From Patescibacteria group bacterium UBA6164 (lineage in GTDB: Bacteria; Patescibacteriota; Gracilibacteria; BD1-5; UBA6164), in contig DIUG01000068.1 in the NCBI GenBank assembly GCA_002422305.1, positions 2,811 through 66,810 of the forward strand: a stretch of 64,000 nt of DNA, read 5' to 3'. The notes below the pieces were generated by a model. It was not told where the DNA came from, did not search any database, and saw only the letters and a list, made by a program, of their open reading frames with translations. Made by a program: the position numbers and the translations under genes. Positions 35,710 through 48,441 of the stretch are shown here, one piece after another (position 1 is the first letter of the stretch; each line of letters opens with the position of its first letter).

Positions 35710-36079
35710 AATAAACTTTTTGTTATTATGAAAAATAATTTCTCAAAGATCTTGTATTGAAAGTATTTTTCATTTATTAAATAAAATAATTTTTACACTT
35801 TTATAAAGACCATAAAATTATATAATTTTTATGGAAGATATTTAGGGGTAAATTGGGAACAATTGAAAAAAATACCATTTTCTTCAATCAAGAATTCTTA
35901 AAACTATATAGTTAGCATGATACAGAACATCTTATACCTTACTTTTATATATTATATTAAGATTTTTAAAAAAAATTGAGTTTTGTATATTTTTATTATT
36001 TATTTTTTATAGGTTTTTGATTTTTTTCAGAAAATTTATATTATATCCAAGTTAATTCTTATATTTTAATTTTATAAAT

Positions 36080-36334
36080 ATGGATAATAATTGATTAAAT
36101 GATATTTTAACAGGATTAATCACAAATTGACTTTGGGATTTTATAAAAGTTTTTTTAAAGTTTTTATTCTGAGGTATAATTTTATGATGATTATCATTTT
36201 TGGGATATAAATCATATAATAAAAATATTAAAATTTGAGATAGGACAAAAATTAAAAATAGTTTTAAATCAAAAATAAATCAAGATATTGAGATTTGAAA
36301 ATGAGTTGAAGTTGATGATAGCTTTAAATCTTAA
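36080..36334 (+). CDS. small single-TM protein (84 aa) overlapping the start of the STAND NTPase gene
   Basis: MDNNGLNDILTGLITNGLWDFIKVFLKFLFGGIILGGLSFLGY... Ends at TAA 36332-36334, giving a 20-nt overlap with the next gene. Confidence 0.45.
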
Positions 36335-39300
36335 AAATCTATTGATGAATAAAAATATACAAATATGAGATTTTGCAAGTGTAAAGGATAGTTTTAATAA
36401 CTATAAAACTATCAATATTTTATGATTCCAAAATATAAAATGATTTCTAAAACAAATAGATTGAAGAAAAAAAGAATTAGATTTACTTTGAGAAGATTAT
36501 TATATTTCTTTAGATTTTTCTGAGTGATGAAAAATTAATTCTATTTTAAATGAAGATAGATGTATTATTATTTGAAATCCTTGAAGTTGAAAAACTCAAT
36601 TATTAGTAGACATATTTTATAGAATAAAAAATAATTTAAATAAAAGATGGTGATTTTATAAAAACAATGAATTTTTACCTTTTTTTATATCCTTAAGAAA
36701 TTTATGAGAAAATAGTTTAGAAGGATATTTAGATGAAAAAATAACTAAATTTAATATCAAATGAGATCAAAAATTTATTTTACTTTTAGACTGATTAGAT
36801 GAAATAAATTTAGATAAAACAGCTGATATATTAGATTTTATAGAAAATAATCAAAATTATAAATATATAATTTCTTCAAGAAAAACTAGTAATAACTTAT
36901 GACAACTTTTATCTAAATATTCAGAATTCAGGCAATATACTATACAAGAATTTAATTTTGATATTGAAAAATGATGAAATACTCAAATTTTAGAAGAATA
37001 TTTTAAAAATAAATGAAAATTTATAAATTTAGAAAAGTATAAAAAATTACAAATAGAAATAAAAGATATCTTTTATTTAGAACAATTTTATGAAGTTTAT
37101 GAAAAATTAGAAGAAAAAGATTGAAAATTAGAACTAACTGAGAAATTTTTGAAAGAAATTTCTAATAAAAATAATGAATTAATAAAATTCGAAATTAATA
37201 CAGATGATTTATTTTTATTATTAACAAAAGTTTCAGAACTTTTATATAAGATTAATTCATTGACTTTAGAAAAAGAAAAAATACAAGAATTTATTAAATC
37301 TCTGTCAATTCAACAAAAAAAGAAAAAAATGTTTTTAGATTATATGTTAAAAACATTTTTTATTGAATCTGAATGAAAATATTCTTTTTACCATAAAACT
37401 TTTTATGAATATTTTTTAGTTAGATATATTTCAGAAAAATATTTGAAAAACAAATTAAGTATTAGAGAATGAAATATTTTACTTGATAATCAATTTATTA
37501 TAAAAATATTTTTTCCTTATTTACAAAGAAGTTATATTGAAAATGAAAACTATTCTTGAATTGTTGGATTGAATCTATTTATGCAATATTATTTAAGTCA
37601 TAATCCTATAGATGAAATTAATTCAGAAATTTTTCTAAAATGACTTTTTAATTTATCAGAAGATTTATTAAGGTATTATATTTTAGAAAAAACTTCACCA
37701 ATTTATCATTGGTTTAATAATTTTCATTATTTAAATTTTAACATTATAAAAATAGCTTTAGATAAATGATATAAGGATATAGCAAATGGTTTTTATAAGA
37801 AATTAAATGATTTGATAGAAGAAAAAACACAAGAAAGAAAAAATATTAAAGAAAAATTATGAAAATTAGACAAAAACGATGAAAAATATAATTTTAACAA
37901 GCATGAATTAGAACAAGAATTAGAACATTTATTTGATGGTATTAATTTCAAAGATCAAGCATATATAAATAAAAATCTGAATGAAAATATTAAATCTTAT
38001 TCTGATTTATATGAAAAGATAAAATCAAATTATGAAATAAATATTTATACAAGAATAGATTTTACTTCAAATTTTTTTGATTCACCTTATTATGCTTTTT
38101 TTGATAATCTATTAAAATATTGAAATAAAGAAGAAATTTTAAAAATAATAAATCAATTTGAAAAGGATGAATTTTATACATTTTTACAAGTTTGACTAAA
38201 ATTAGAAAATATAAAAAATATTTTGTGAAATCACAATATCTTAAATTTAATCAAAGAAAAATTTATTTTTTATAAATGAGATTTTAAAGAATTTATAAAC
38301 TATAATAAAGAAGATTTGAAAATAAAAGATAGTGCTATTACTTTATTTTTGAAATATATTTTTTGATTATACGAAGATGAAAAAGAAATATTTGAATCAG
38401 AAGATTTTAAAGAATTAAAAGAATGACATAATTGATTTTTTAATATCCATTGGTGATTTTATGAATCTAATATAAATAATTCTCAATTAGCTTCATATTT
38501 GTTTTATAATCAAGTAAATTTAAAAGAAATTGTTGAAAAAGAATTTATTTTCTCAAAAACTGAAACAGAAGAAGAAAGCATATTTAGGTATAAATATTGA
38601 TATAATATAAGGTGTATTTATCAATATAGTTATAGTATTTTTATTGATAGTATTTTAAAAAATGAAAAAATAATTTTTCAAGAATATATTGAAATAATAA
38701 AAAGCTATTCATCAATGAGATTAATGGATGATTTTAATATAAGAATAATTTATTCAGAAATTTTAGCATATATATTTTATTATAATATTGAATGAGATTA
38801 TTTTAAAAATATAAATCTAATTTGGGATAATTTAAGTGATTTTGTTGATGAAATTAATTTTTACAAAACATTACAGAAATTAGATGAATTAAATAAAACC
38901 AATAAATTATCAAATACTATTAATGAAGAAAAAATTATATTTTTAGAAAATAATATAGAGAAAAAGTTCGATTATCCTGCTTCAGAAGTAGAAGATTATA
39001 TTTTTATTTCTCAGTTATATTGATTAATCTGAAATAATGATTTACAAATTAAAAGTTTTGATAGTTGAATTGCACATTCTTATGTAAAATATTGATTTAG
39101 AAAAGATTACTATCTTACATATGTTTTTGAAATATTGGAAGAGTTAAAGTATAATTCTATAATTACAGAACAAGAAACATATCAATATTTAGATGAAATA
39201 ATTGATTTGTATTGAAAAATTGATTGAATTACTGAAAAATGAGTTGCTTATTTATGAAAAAATATAGTTAAATTTCTTTTAACATTTAGTTTTAATAAAG

Positions 39301-39983
39301 CTATAGAATATAAAAATAAGATAAATGAAATTAATTATAGTTATTATGATGAGATAGAAACTAGTATTTTAATTCAAAAAATAAATAATAATAATTTTAC
39401 AGATGATGAAATTGAAAATTTATATTTCTATGATACTAGAACTAGTTTATTAGAATTAAAAATATATTTGTATTTGGTTGATATTTGAAGAGATGACTTT
39501 ATAGAAAAGGTTAATGACTTATTAGTAGATATAGAAAAAGAAACTAATATTGATTATTATTGGAATAGTGAAGATTATGAAGTTTATAAAAAATTATATG
39601 ATTTATGAAAAATTAATAAATCTGAATCAATATTAAAAGAATTAGAAAAACCAGAGAGAGAAATAAATGAAATAATTTCTTTAAAAGATTTAAATGATGA
39701 TGAAGTAGTTAAAATTTTAAATGACAAAGTTTGTTATTGAATGTACCATACTAGTTTTTCATGAGATTATAATTATTTATTAAATGAATTATATATAAAA
39801 GATAAAAAATTATTTAATTCCTATATATCAAGAACAAATTTTAAATATGATGATAAATATGAATATGAGTTTTTTGCAAATATTCAGTGATTAACAAAAG
39901 TTTACATAGAAAATAAAGAGAGAGAGAAAGTAATTTTATTATTTGAGGAACTATTAAGTTTTTCTTGATTATTGATAAAATAA
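36315..39983 (+). CDS. NACHT-like STAND P-loop NTPase with long helical C-terminal region (1222 aa)
   Basis: Walker A IIIGNPGSGKTQLL, Walker B ILLLDGLDEI. Contains track ORF 37149..37376. Ends at TAA 39981-39983. The start could alternatively be ATG 36345. Confidence 0.7.
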
Positions 39984-40011
39984 TTACCAAAAATCTAAAC
40001 AATTAAATAAC

Positions 40012-42300
40012 ATGGATAAAACTTATTATAACAACAAAAAACATTTATTTATTAATGAAAATAATGAAGTATTAGAAAATATTTCATATTTTCAGTTTGC
40101 TTGAAATAAAATAAATATTAGGTTTAGTAATTGAGATAAAATTTATTCATATAAATCTAATTCCATAACAATTTTAAAAGATCCCAAAAATATAGATATA
40201 TATAGTAATTTATTTTATCTTGAAAAAACATTATTATTTAATATTAAAGAGGTTTTATATTTCTGAAATAAATATTATAGAGTGTTTTTAAAAGAATGAT
40301 GAGTTATTACAAGTGATAAAATCAAAATTATTGAAAATATTATGAAAGATGAAAAAGTATCTTCTATTATAGATTATTTAAAGTTAGTTTTAAATAATAT
40401 TGAAAATAATGAAGTAACAAAACATTTAAAAAGAGAATATGAAAAATTAGAGAATATATTACCAGGTAGTGTATTGTGAGATTTTCTTTTCAAAAAATTT
40501 ACAAATAAAACTAGCTACTTTAAACCGAAAGAATTAATTTATCCTTTCAATTTTAATCTTAGTCAAAAGAGAGCTCTTGAAAGTGTTTTTGATTCCAATA
40601 TATCTGTTATTGAATGACCTCCTTGAACTTGAAAAACTCAAACTATTTTGAATATAATTGCAAATCTTGCCATAATGCAAGATAAAACTATTGCTGTAGT
40701 TTCAAATAATAATTCTGCAATAGCAAATGTAAGAGAAAAATTAGAAAAAGATTGATATGATTTTTTTGTTGCAATGTTAGGAAATAAAGGGAATAAAAAT
40801 ACATTTTTTTCTAATATTCCTGAACTAAAAGAATTCAAAAGTGATAAAGATTGAAATTATACTTCAAAATTAGAAGAGATTTCTAATTTAATGAATATTG
40901 ATAATGAGAAGCAGAAAATAAAACTTGAATTATCAGACTATATTTTAGAACAAGAACATTTTGAAAACTATTTTAAAAAACAAGAAATAAACGAATTATT
41001 TAAATTACCAATTTGGGCTAAAAATTCAGATAAAATAATGAATTTTCTAGTTTTAAATTCTAAAAAATCTAAAAAATGAAAAAATAAATGATGGTTGTAT
41101 AAGATAGAGCTTTTCATAAAGTTTTGATTTACTGAATTTAAAAAATTAGACACAAGTGAAATAGATCTTATTTTATCGTATCAAAGAAAATTTTATGATT
41201 TTAAAATATGAGAATTAATGGATTTATTATCTGAATTAGATAAAAAACTTCAAGATAATAAGTATGAGAATTTAGTCTCTGAATACATTAAGTTTTCTAA
41301 AATATTCTTTGAAAACAAACTTAATTCAAAATTTAAAAAATTTAAGTGATTAACTTTTTCTTCAAAAGATATTTTTAATTTATCTTCAGGTTTTACAGAA
41401 AGATTTCCTGTAATTTTAAGTTCAACCTATGCTTTATTAAACTCTATACCGAAGTGATTTTTATTAGATTATGTAATAGTTGATGAATCTTCTCAAGTTG
41501 ATCTTATTACAGGTATCCTTATTCTTTCATGCTGTAAAAATGTTATAATTGTATGAGATAGGAAACAACTTACTCATATTACAAATTGAGAAAAGGTAAG
41601 TGTAAGTGTTGATGAAGATTTTGATTATTATAAGCATAATATTTTATCATCTGTTTTAAATATTTATAAAGATAAGATTCCAATTACACTCTTAAAAGAA
41701 CATTATAGATGTCATCCAAAAATAATTAATTTTTGTAATCAAAAGTATTATAACTGAGAACTTATTATTTATACATCTAAATGAGAGAATACAAATCCGC
41801 TTGTTATTTATCGTAGTGCAGAATGAAATCATATGAGAAGTATAACTCAATGAGATAGTACTTGAAAATATAATCAAAGAGAAATTGATATTATTCAGGA
41901 TATTTTATTGAGTAATAAAGAAAATTTTACTGAAAAAGATGACATATGAATTATAACTCCTTTTAGAAAGCAAGTAGAAAAATTAAATAGCATAATTTGA
42001 GAAACTATAGATATTGATACTGTTCATAAATTTCAATGAAGAGAGAAAGATATTATTATTTTTTCTACAGTATTAGATAACTCAAAAGATTGAAATTTAA
42101 CTCTTAAATTTGCAGATCAACCAAATCTTATAAATGTTACAATTTCTAGAGCAAAAAATAAATTTATAGTTGTTACTGATAATGACTTATTTTTTAAAAG
42201 ATGAAGAGAAATTAAAGATTTTGTTAAATATGTTGAATATAGTTCTTTAGATGAAAACATTAAAAATAGTGAAATAGTTTGAGTATGATCTTTTGTATAA
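40012..42300 (+). CDS. SF1 (Upf1/DNA2-like, AAA_11/AAA_12) helicase (762 aa)
   Basis: IEGPPGTGKTQTILNIIANLA, VIVDESSQVDL, LKEHYRCHPKIINFCN, VHKFQGREKDIIIFS, INVTISRAKNKFIVV. Contains track ORF 40891..41079. Confidence 0.85.
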
Positions 42301-42762
42301 AAATTATTCAGATAAAATATCTATTAGTTTAGATAGTATAGAAAAAGTTTCTATACATGATTCTGAAAATATTTGAAATGCTTTAATTAAAGATATTTTA
42401 ACAAATCATGAAGAATTTACTAATTTAGACTATAGAAGAGAATATCATTTAAAATTTCTTATAAATGATACAAGCAAATTAAGTGATGTTGAGATACTAC
42501 CAGTGATGTTGAGATAAAATTTTTAAATAATAACTCAAGAATTGATTTTCTTATTTTTGAAAAGTTTTGAAAAACACCTATACTAGTTATTGAAGTTGAT
42601 TGAGTTGCTTTTCATGAAAATAATTTAGAACAAATTGAAAGAGATAAAAAGAAAAATAGTATTTTAGAAAAATACAATATTCCTTATTTAAGATTATCTA
42701 CAAATTGAAGTTGAGATAGAGAGAAAATAATAGAAAAATTAAAGTTATTAATTTATGAATAA
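42278..42762 (+). pseudogene. DUF2726-like C-terminal domain detached from the helicase by a +1 frameshift and a 20-bp tandem duplication
   Basis: FEYDLLYKNYSDK... reads in the +1 frame from 42278. agtgatgttgagata is repeated at 42482-42496 and 42502-42516. The final segment ...IDFLIFEKFGKTPILVIEVDGVAFHENNLEQIERDKKKNSILEKYNIPYLRL ends at TAA 42760-42762. Confidence 0.6.
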
Positions 42763-42763
42763 T

Positions 42764-42791
42764 AAATACTACTAATTTTAGTAGTATTTTT
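42764..42791 (+). terminator. rho-independent terminator
   Basis: aatactac-taatttt-gtagtatt followed by a T-run. Confidence 0.65.
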
Positions 42792-42880
42792 ATTACCTAT
42801 TCTTTTTTTGTATAGAATATTTTTTGTCTTACTTTTATATAAACATTTATTACTATAAAAAAAATAACTTATAAAAATAA

Positions 42881-43091
42881 AGTTCTAAAAAAGACTTGCT
42901 TATAGATTAAGTAAGTCTTTTTATTGTATTTAAATGATTTAGTTTGTATTTTTCTTTTTTCTTCTGTAGTACTCCATTGGTTTTCATTGATATTTATAAT
43001 ATTCAATAAAATCTTCTTTATATAGACCATTAATATCATATTCAATAGTTCATTCAAAAAAAGTTCTCAATTCTATTATTGTGCTCCACCA
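42881..43091 (+). repeat. ~212-nt junction repeat R1, ending in the tmRNA 3' core GCTCCACCA
   Basis: Aligns with 49998-50211 and 57097-57309. Has an internal hairpin aagacttgctta/taagtaagtctt and is followed by its own small terminator hairpin (43106-43133). Confidence 0.8.
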
Positions 43092-43153
43092 TTTTTTTAT
43101 TGATTATTAAGCGAAAAAACTCTATATTTTTTAGAGTTTTTTGGTTTTTAAAA

Positions 43154-44101
43154 TTATACATTTTCAATTATTCAATACTTAAACATATTACAATCATATC
43201 TTGGTAATAAATATTTATTATTAATTATATCATCTGTTTTAATATTTCTTGGTTCTACAATAAAAGAATATTTTATATTTGAATTTTCTAATTTTCTAAC
43301 AGTTTCTATATTATATGAATCTTTTCATCAATAAGGATAACAAAAACAATCAATTTCAGAATTAATGATTTTGCTTAAAAAATTATTTGATTCATCAATT
43401 TCATTATTTAACTCATTATAGCTAAAATTAGACAATAAATGATGAGATTCTGCATGTCATCAAATTATATTTCATGCATTTTTAATCTCACTTATTTGAT
43501 TTTCATTTAAATATAATTTTTCCCATATAATATCTATTGGATCTCAAAAAATACTTATTAATTTATCTAAAACTATAGTTTGAGTATCCAAATTTAAAGA
43601 ATAGTTTATTTTTTTTATAATAAGTGAATATTTATCCATTTCTTGTTCAGAATATGCAATTCTATTTTCTATTTTTTTTATTTCAGATTCTAAATTTAAA
43701 TTTTTTAAGATATCTACAAATTTTTCATAAATATTTTTTGAATTAAATCTTCACAATAAATAATGTATTTTATGAACATTTAATATACTTCTATCTCTTA
43801 ATTGCTTAGTTCATACAAAAAATATTCACCATAAATTTCTTTCTTTTAAAATAGGAAGTACATATTTATAATGATCTATTAATCAATCATCAAATGTTAA
43901 TATTATTCAAGTTGGAACATTGGTTTTATTATTTATAAAATTAATCCAATCCTCTTTTCTTACAAATCAAAATTCTTTTTCAAAAAAATCTAACTGTTTT
44001 TTAAAATTATCAATACCTAAATACTTAAGTCATGGTATAAAATCAGAATTAATTCTGATATAATGATACATTATTGCTTTACATCAATTTTTATTATTCA
44101 T
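43154..44101 (-). CDS. polysaccharide deacetylase (NodB/CE4 family)
   Basis: IILTFDDGLIDHYKYVLPILKERNLWGIFFV, GGHAESHH, FCYPYGG. Confidence 0.75.
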
Positions 44102-44105
44102 AAAA

Positions 44106-44666
44106 TTAATTTTTAAATTTTCTTTTAAGTATTCCAGTATTTTTTGATACTCTTTCTGAGGTTACTTTAGATATTGAAGATAATATATCTGGTGCTTTTT
44201 CTCAACAAGTTTGATTAATAAATTCATTCAATGTATCTTGAACAATTTCTTTTCTTGACCAAAAATTAAGTCATCAGCCATCTATATTTAAATTATTAAC
44301 TTTTTTGATATTTTCTCACTTATAAATTGGAATAAGATGAAAGTGAAGATGTTTTGAATTTTCTCAAGAATTTAATGATATAATATTTACTCTATCAATA
44401 TTTACATCACATTTTTTTATTGTTACACATGCTTTATTTAATAATATTCCTAATTCTATAATTACTTCTTGAGGCAATATACAATCACTGATGTCATTAA
44501 TATGTTTACCTATATCATTTATTAATTCTTTTTTTAAAATTAATAAACAATGAAAATCACACAATGGGTTTATACTGTGTACAAATTCCCAATATTTCAA
44601 TGTATTATCAATCTGTTGTTCTTTATTAGGAAATGAACTTTTACAAAATATACAATTTTTTTTCAT
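44106..44666 (-). CDS. HIT-family nucleotide hydrolase/transferase
   Basis: MKKNCIFCK... and the histidine triad HLHFHLIP. Track ORF 44364..44720 is trimmed to ATG 44666 and extended through TGA. Confidence 0.65.
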
Positions 44667-44695
44667 AGTACTTTTATAATATTTAATAATATATT

Positions 44696-45844
44696 CTATT
44701 TCTGAATAGAAGTATTCCAAAATTCTTCTGTCTCAATTATTTTTATAAATCTTTCTGTCTCAATTATTTTTATAAATCTTTCTCATGCTTTTCAATCACC
44801 AAAAGTTAAACATTTAGGATATATTTTATTTTCTTCCCATAATTCATTAATTTTGTTTTTAACTTCATCTGAATCATAGTTAACATTATGAATACTTTCC
44901 CAATTATTTCTATTATTTTGTCTTGTTCATATATTTACAGTCGGTACTCAAAGTGTTGGTGCTTGTCTAACTCAAGCACTAGAATTTCAAACAATACATT
45001 TAGAACTTTTTAATATAGTTAAAAAATCATTAAAAGGAATTGAGTCAAATATTCTATAAGATTCTTTAAATTTCTTATCAATTATATATTTGTTAAAATA
45101 TTTTATAACAATATCAGAACTAGGATCATTATTAGGATATATAAGTATAAATTTTTTATTAGATTGTATTAATCCATCTAAAACATTAATGCAATGTTGC
45201 TCAAAACTTGATGTTTCAGTAGTAACTGAGTGGAAAATAAATATTCAGTATTTTTCAAAAGGTATATCATATTTAATTTTAAGTTCATCTATTTTAGATA
45301 ATTCATCTCAAAACATTACATCAAAATCTGGAGATCATATAGAATATATATTTTCTCTTTTTTCTCACATTATTTCTAACTTGTCAGCAGATTTATCATT
45401 TGCCACAAAATGTACATGTGAAAGTTTAGATATAAAATGTCTAACTGATTCATCAATACTACCTGAAGATTCTCATCATTCTACATGTGCTACAAGAGTA
45501 TTTGTAAAAGATCAAGCAATTACTCAAGCTAATGCTTCAACTCTATCTCCATGAATTACTATTAAATCTGGATTAATTTCATGAATATAGTGAGATAGAT
45601 TTATTATAGTATTTGCTATAACTATTTCCTGCTTTTCTCAAACATGTTGATTTATATTTAGATAAACATTCTGATGATTTTCATCTAAAATCTCTTTGAA
45701 AGTAAATCAATACTTTCAAAGCATATGCATTCAAGTTACAAATACATAACTCTCAAAGCTATAATGTTTATCGACCTCTCTTATTAAAGATCTTATTTTT
45801 CAATAATCAGCTCTCGTTCATGTAAGAAATAAAATTTTCTTCAT
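44696..45844 (-). CDS. neuC: UDP-N-acetylglucosamine 2-epimerase (hydrolysing), NeuC-type
   Basis: [61 protein letters not shown]. Has a C-terminal in-frame 27-bp duplication. Confidence 0.8.
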
Positions 45845-45855
45845 TTTTAGATATC

Positions 45856-46914
45856 TTAATTATTTAAATTAATATCACTATAAGATAAGTGTGTGTCAGT
45901 ACATATATCTTTAGACGATTTTTTTCATAAAATTTTCTCAAACTCTTCTGCTCTTATCTCTCATGTTCCAGGTCTTTTAACCCAAATATTTTCATTTGAA
46001 AATATTTCTCATTTTTTAATATCTTTAATTGTTACGACTGTTGCAAAAGCAAAGTTTATACAAGGTTCTTCTTCTTTTACAGGTCATTTAGATCATCATC
46101 TACATTTTGCAATTATTTTACTTCATTCAATTAATTCTTTTAAATCATTTTTATCCATAGAACATATAATATCAGGTCATATTCTATCCATAGTATCAGT
46201 AAAATGTCTTTCCAATATAGATGCTCCTAAAGCTACAGCTCATAAACATGCATAATTGGAAGTAGTGTGATCAGATAATCATATAACAGCATCTGAAAAT
46301 CTTTCTTCTAACTCATTTAATGCTCATAATCTTACTAATTCTGGAGGAGTTGGGTATACATTAGTACAATGTAACAAAGCATAAGGAATATTAGCATCTC
46401 TAATAATATTTACAGCTTTTTCTATACTATTTAAATCGTTCATTCATGTTGATAATATTATTGGTTTTCAAAAAGATGCTACATGTTTTATTAAAGGATA
46501 GTTATTACATTCTCAACTACCTATTTTATAAGCAGGTATATCAAACTTTTTTAATCTTTCAGCAGCAGCTCTAGAAAAAGGAGTGCTAATAAATATCATT
46601 CACTTTGATTTTACATAATTCATCAATTCATATTCATCATCTTCATTTAAAGCACAAGATTCCATAATTTCATATATAGAAATACTTGCATTTCAAGGAA
46701 TAACTTTTTTAGCACTTGAGCTCATTTCATCTTCAATGATATGTGTTTGATGTTTTATAACCTCTGCTCATGCTTCATATGCAGCATCAACCATTTCTTT
46801 AGCAATTTTTAAAGACCCATTATGGTTAATTCAAATTTCAGCAATAACTAAAGGATCTGATTTTTCAGATATTAATCTGTTTCAAATATAAAAACTAGGT
46901 ATTATTTTATTCAT
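45856..46914 (-). CDS. neuB: N-acetylneuraminate (nonulosonate) synthase
   Basis: [50 protein letters not shown], LSDHT, and a C-terminal SAF-like domain. Confidence 0.85.
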
Positions 46915-46972
46915 AATATTTATATATATTCTAAATTAGATTTATTTATAGTTATTTTTAAATAAAAGTCAA

Positions 46973-47005
46973 CAAAAAAAGGCATTACAAATAAAATGTA
47001 ATACC
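46973..47005 (-). terminator. rho-independent terminator
   Basis: On the minus strand: gguauuaca-uuuuauu-uguaaugcc followed by a U-run. Confidence 0.6.
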
Positions 47006-47022
47006 TCATGAAAATTTAAATA

Positions 47023-47583
47023 TTATATATTTTTAAATATTTTATTTTTTAATTCCTCCTCTTTTCATAAAAATATTTCTCTTAAAACTTCTAAAGCAAA
47101 TTCTTGAACTCTAAACTTTGGATTAGCTACTATACATAAAAAGTCAGACCAATTCATAACTTTTATTTTTATCTTTTCTCAAGCGTCTAAGTTTTGTTCT
47201 TGAATTTTATTACAATTTCTGGCAATAAATATATTGCTTTTATGATCTATTCTAGAAGATCTAGTATAAGATCAAAATAATTCCCAATCATCACTTTTAA
47301 GTCAAGTTTCTTCTAATAATTCTCTTTTAGCAGTTTCAATTGGAGTTTCTCAATCTTCACATGTTCATCCGACTAATCAAAAAAAAGGTTCTCTTCAAGG
47401 ATGTTGTTCTTCAAGAATATAAATATTGTTATTCTTATCTATTGCTACGATATCTACACTATCGTTTCTTTTTAGCTTTTCAAAAACTTTTTTACTTCAA
47501 TCAAACATTTCTTGTTCCCATTGATATACATCAAATGATTTTCAACTAAAAACTTTTTTAGCATTTTCAGGTATTCATGCCAT
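47023..47583 (-). CDS. NUDIX hydrolase
   Basis: Nudix box GGTCEDGETPIETAKRELLEETG. Confidence 0.75.
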
Positions 47584-47643
47584 AATAATAATTTTAAAAA
47601 ATAAGTATTTGAATTATAATAATATTTTTTTTATAATCAAAAT

Positions 47644-48441
47644 TTAAATAAAAGTTTTTTCTGCTTCTAATACAAATTTAACTAACAAATCTCATTTTAA
47701 TTTACGAGCCTTTACTATTGTTCTAATGTACTTTTCTTTCCATGCTTTTTTACTTTGAATAGGATTAAAATTAGGCAATTTTATATCTAATAATTTTAAT
47801 TCAGGAAAAACAGCAATTAATTTATCTAAAAAGAAAAACCATCATAATATAAATTCTTCTTGATTAATTCATTGGTTATGAGGTAAATATAAACCATTTT
47901 GTTCAATATATCATGAAACACTTATATCTAATCAATCTTGATAAAATTGTCCTAAAGAAAATCATTCACGAACTTTTGTTGATGATGTAGAAATTATTGG
48001 ATTTATTTCTACTAATTTTATTCATTTTTTTGCGGAAGTATTATGTGCTCCATCAAGATTCTCAAATTCAGGTCTACAAATCATTCAAAAAGTATCTCAC
48101 GAATTTCAATATATCTCCATTTCACGTATTGCTTTATCAGATCAACAGATGTTTATAACATTCCTTCAATATTTCTTTCTTAAATCTAGTAATTCATCAA
48201 TATGTCATCTTACATTTTGTCTTTGGATATCTATAGGAAGACTATATTGAGCTAGATGTATCCTTATCATTTCTAAACGTTCTTCTAATGAAGCTATTGG
48301 TTCCTTTTCTCAGATAAATTTTACTATTACATATAATTGTGACAAAGTTAAGGTTTCTATAGCACTAATCATAGCACTAATATGACCTTTATGTACAGGA
48401 TCAAAAACTCACCTAATAACTCATATATTTTCGTTTTTCAT
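47644..48441 (-). CDS. cytidylyltransferase-fold nucleotidyltransferase (NadD-like) with C-terminal extension
   Basis: GVFDPVHKGH near the N-terminus and ISSTKVRE. Confidence 0.6.

Larger units (their letters stand above)
9806..43091. mobile_element. ssrA-integrated genomic island, module 1 (serine-recombinase type)
   Basis: The left end overlaps the tmRNA 3' terminus and the right end is a repeat of GCTCCACCA at 43083-43091. It carries two recombinases and defence-type cargo. Confidence 0.55.

Noticed and set aside
42482-42516. Short tandem repeats (20, 24 and 27 bp units at 42482, 56627 and 44727) as CRISPR or minisatellite arrays
   Set aside because: There are only two copies each, with no spacers, and they lie inside coding sequence. 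They are simple tandem duplications.
42869-43057. Minus-strand track ORFs inside the junction repeats (also 49962..50177 and 57116..57328), suggesting a small conserved protein
   Set aside because: Differences among the three copies include indels and substitutions with no third-position bias. The three predicted peptides differ in start, end and length, so the conservation is at the DNA/RNA level.
42881-43091. Junction repeats as tRNA or tmRNA genes because they end in ...CTCCACCA followed by a terminator
   Set aside because: I could find no 5' partner for an acceptor stem and no T-arm or cloverleaf. Only the terminal ~9-10 nt match the tmRNA.
9806-43091. Module 1 as a prophage
   Set aside because: I could recognise no capsid, portal, terminase, tail or lysis genes. 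The content is recombinases plus defence and membrane cargo.
44667-44813. Upstream extension of the HIT gene (track start at 44720 uses TTG; the frame is open to 44813)
   Set aside because: The extension overlaps the neuC 3' end in another frame. It simply translates the 27-bp duplication. ATG 44666 gives the typical HIT N-terminus (MKKNCIFC).
45090-46255. Plus-strand track ORFs 45090..45554 and 45893..46255
   Set aside because: They are antisense to neuC and neuB, whose translations carry unambiguous family motifs.
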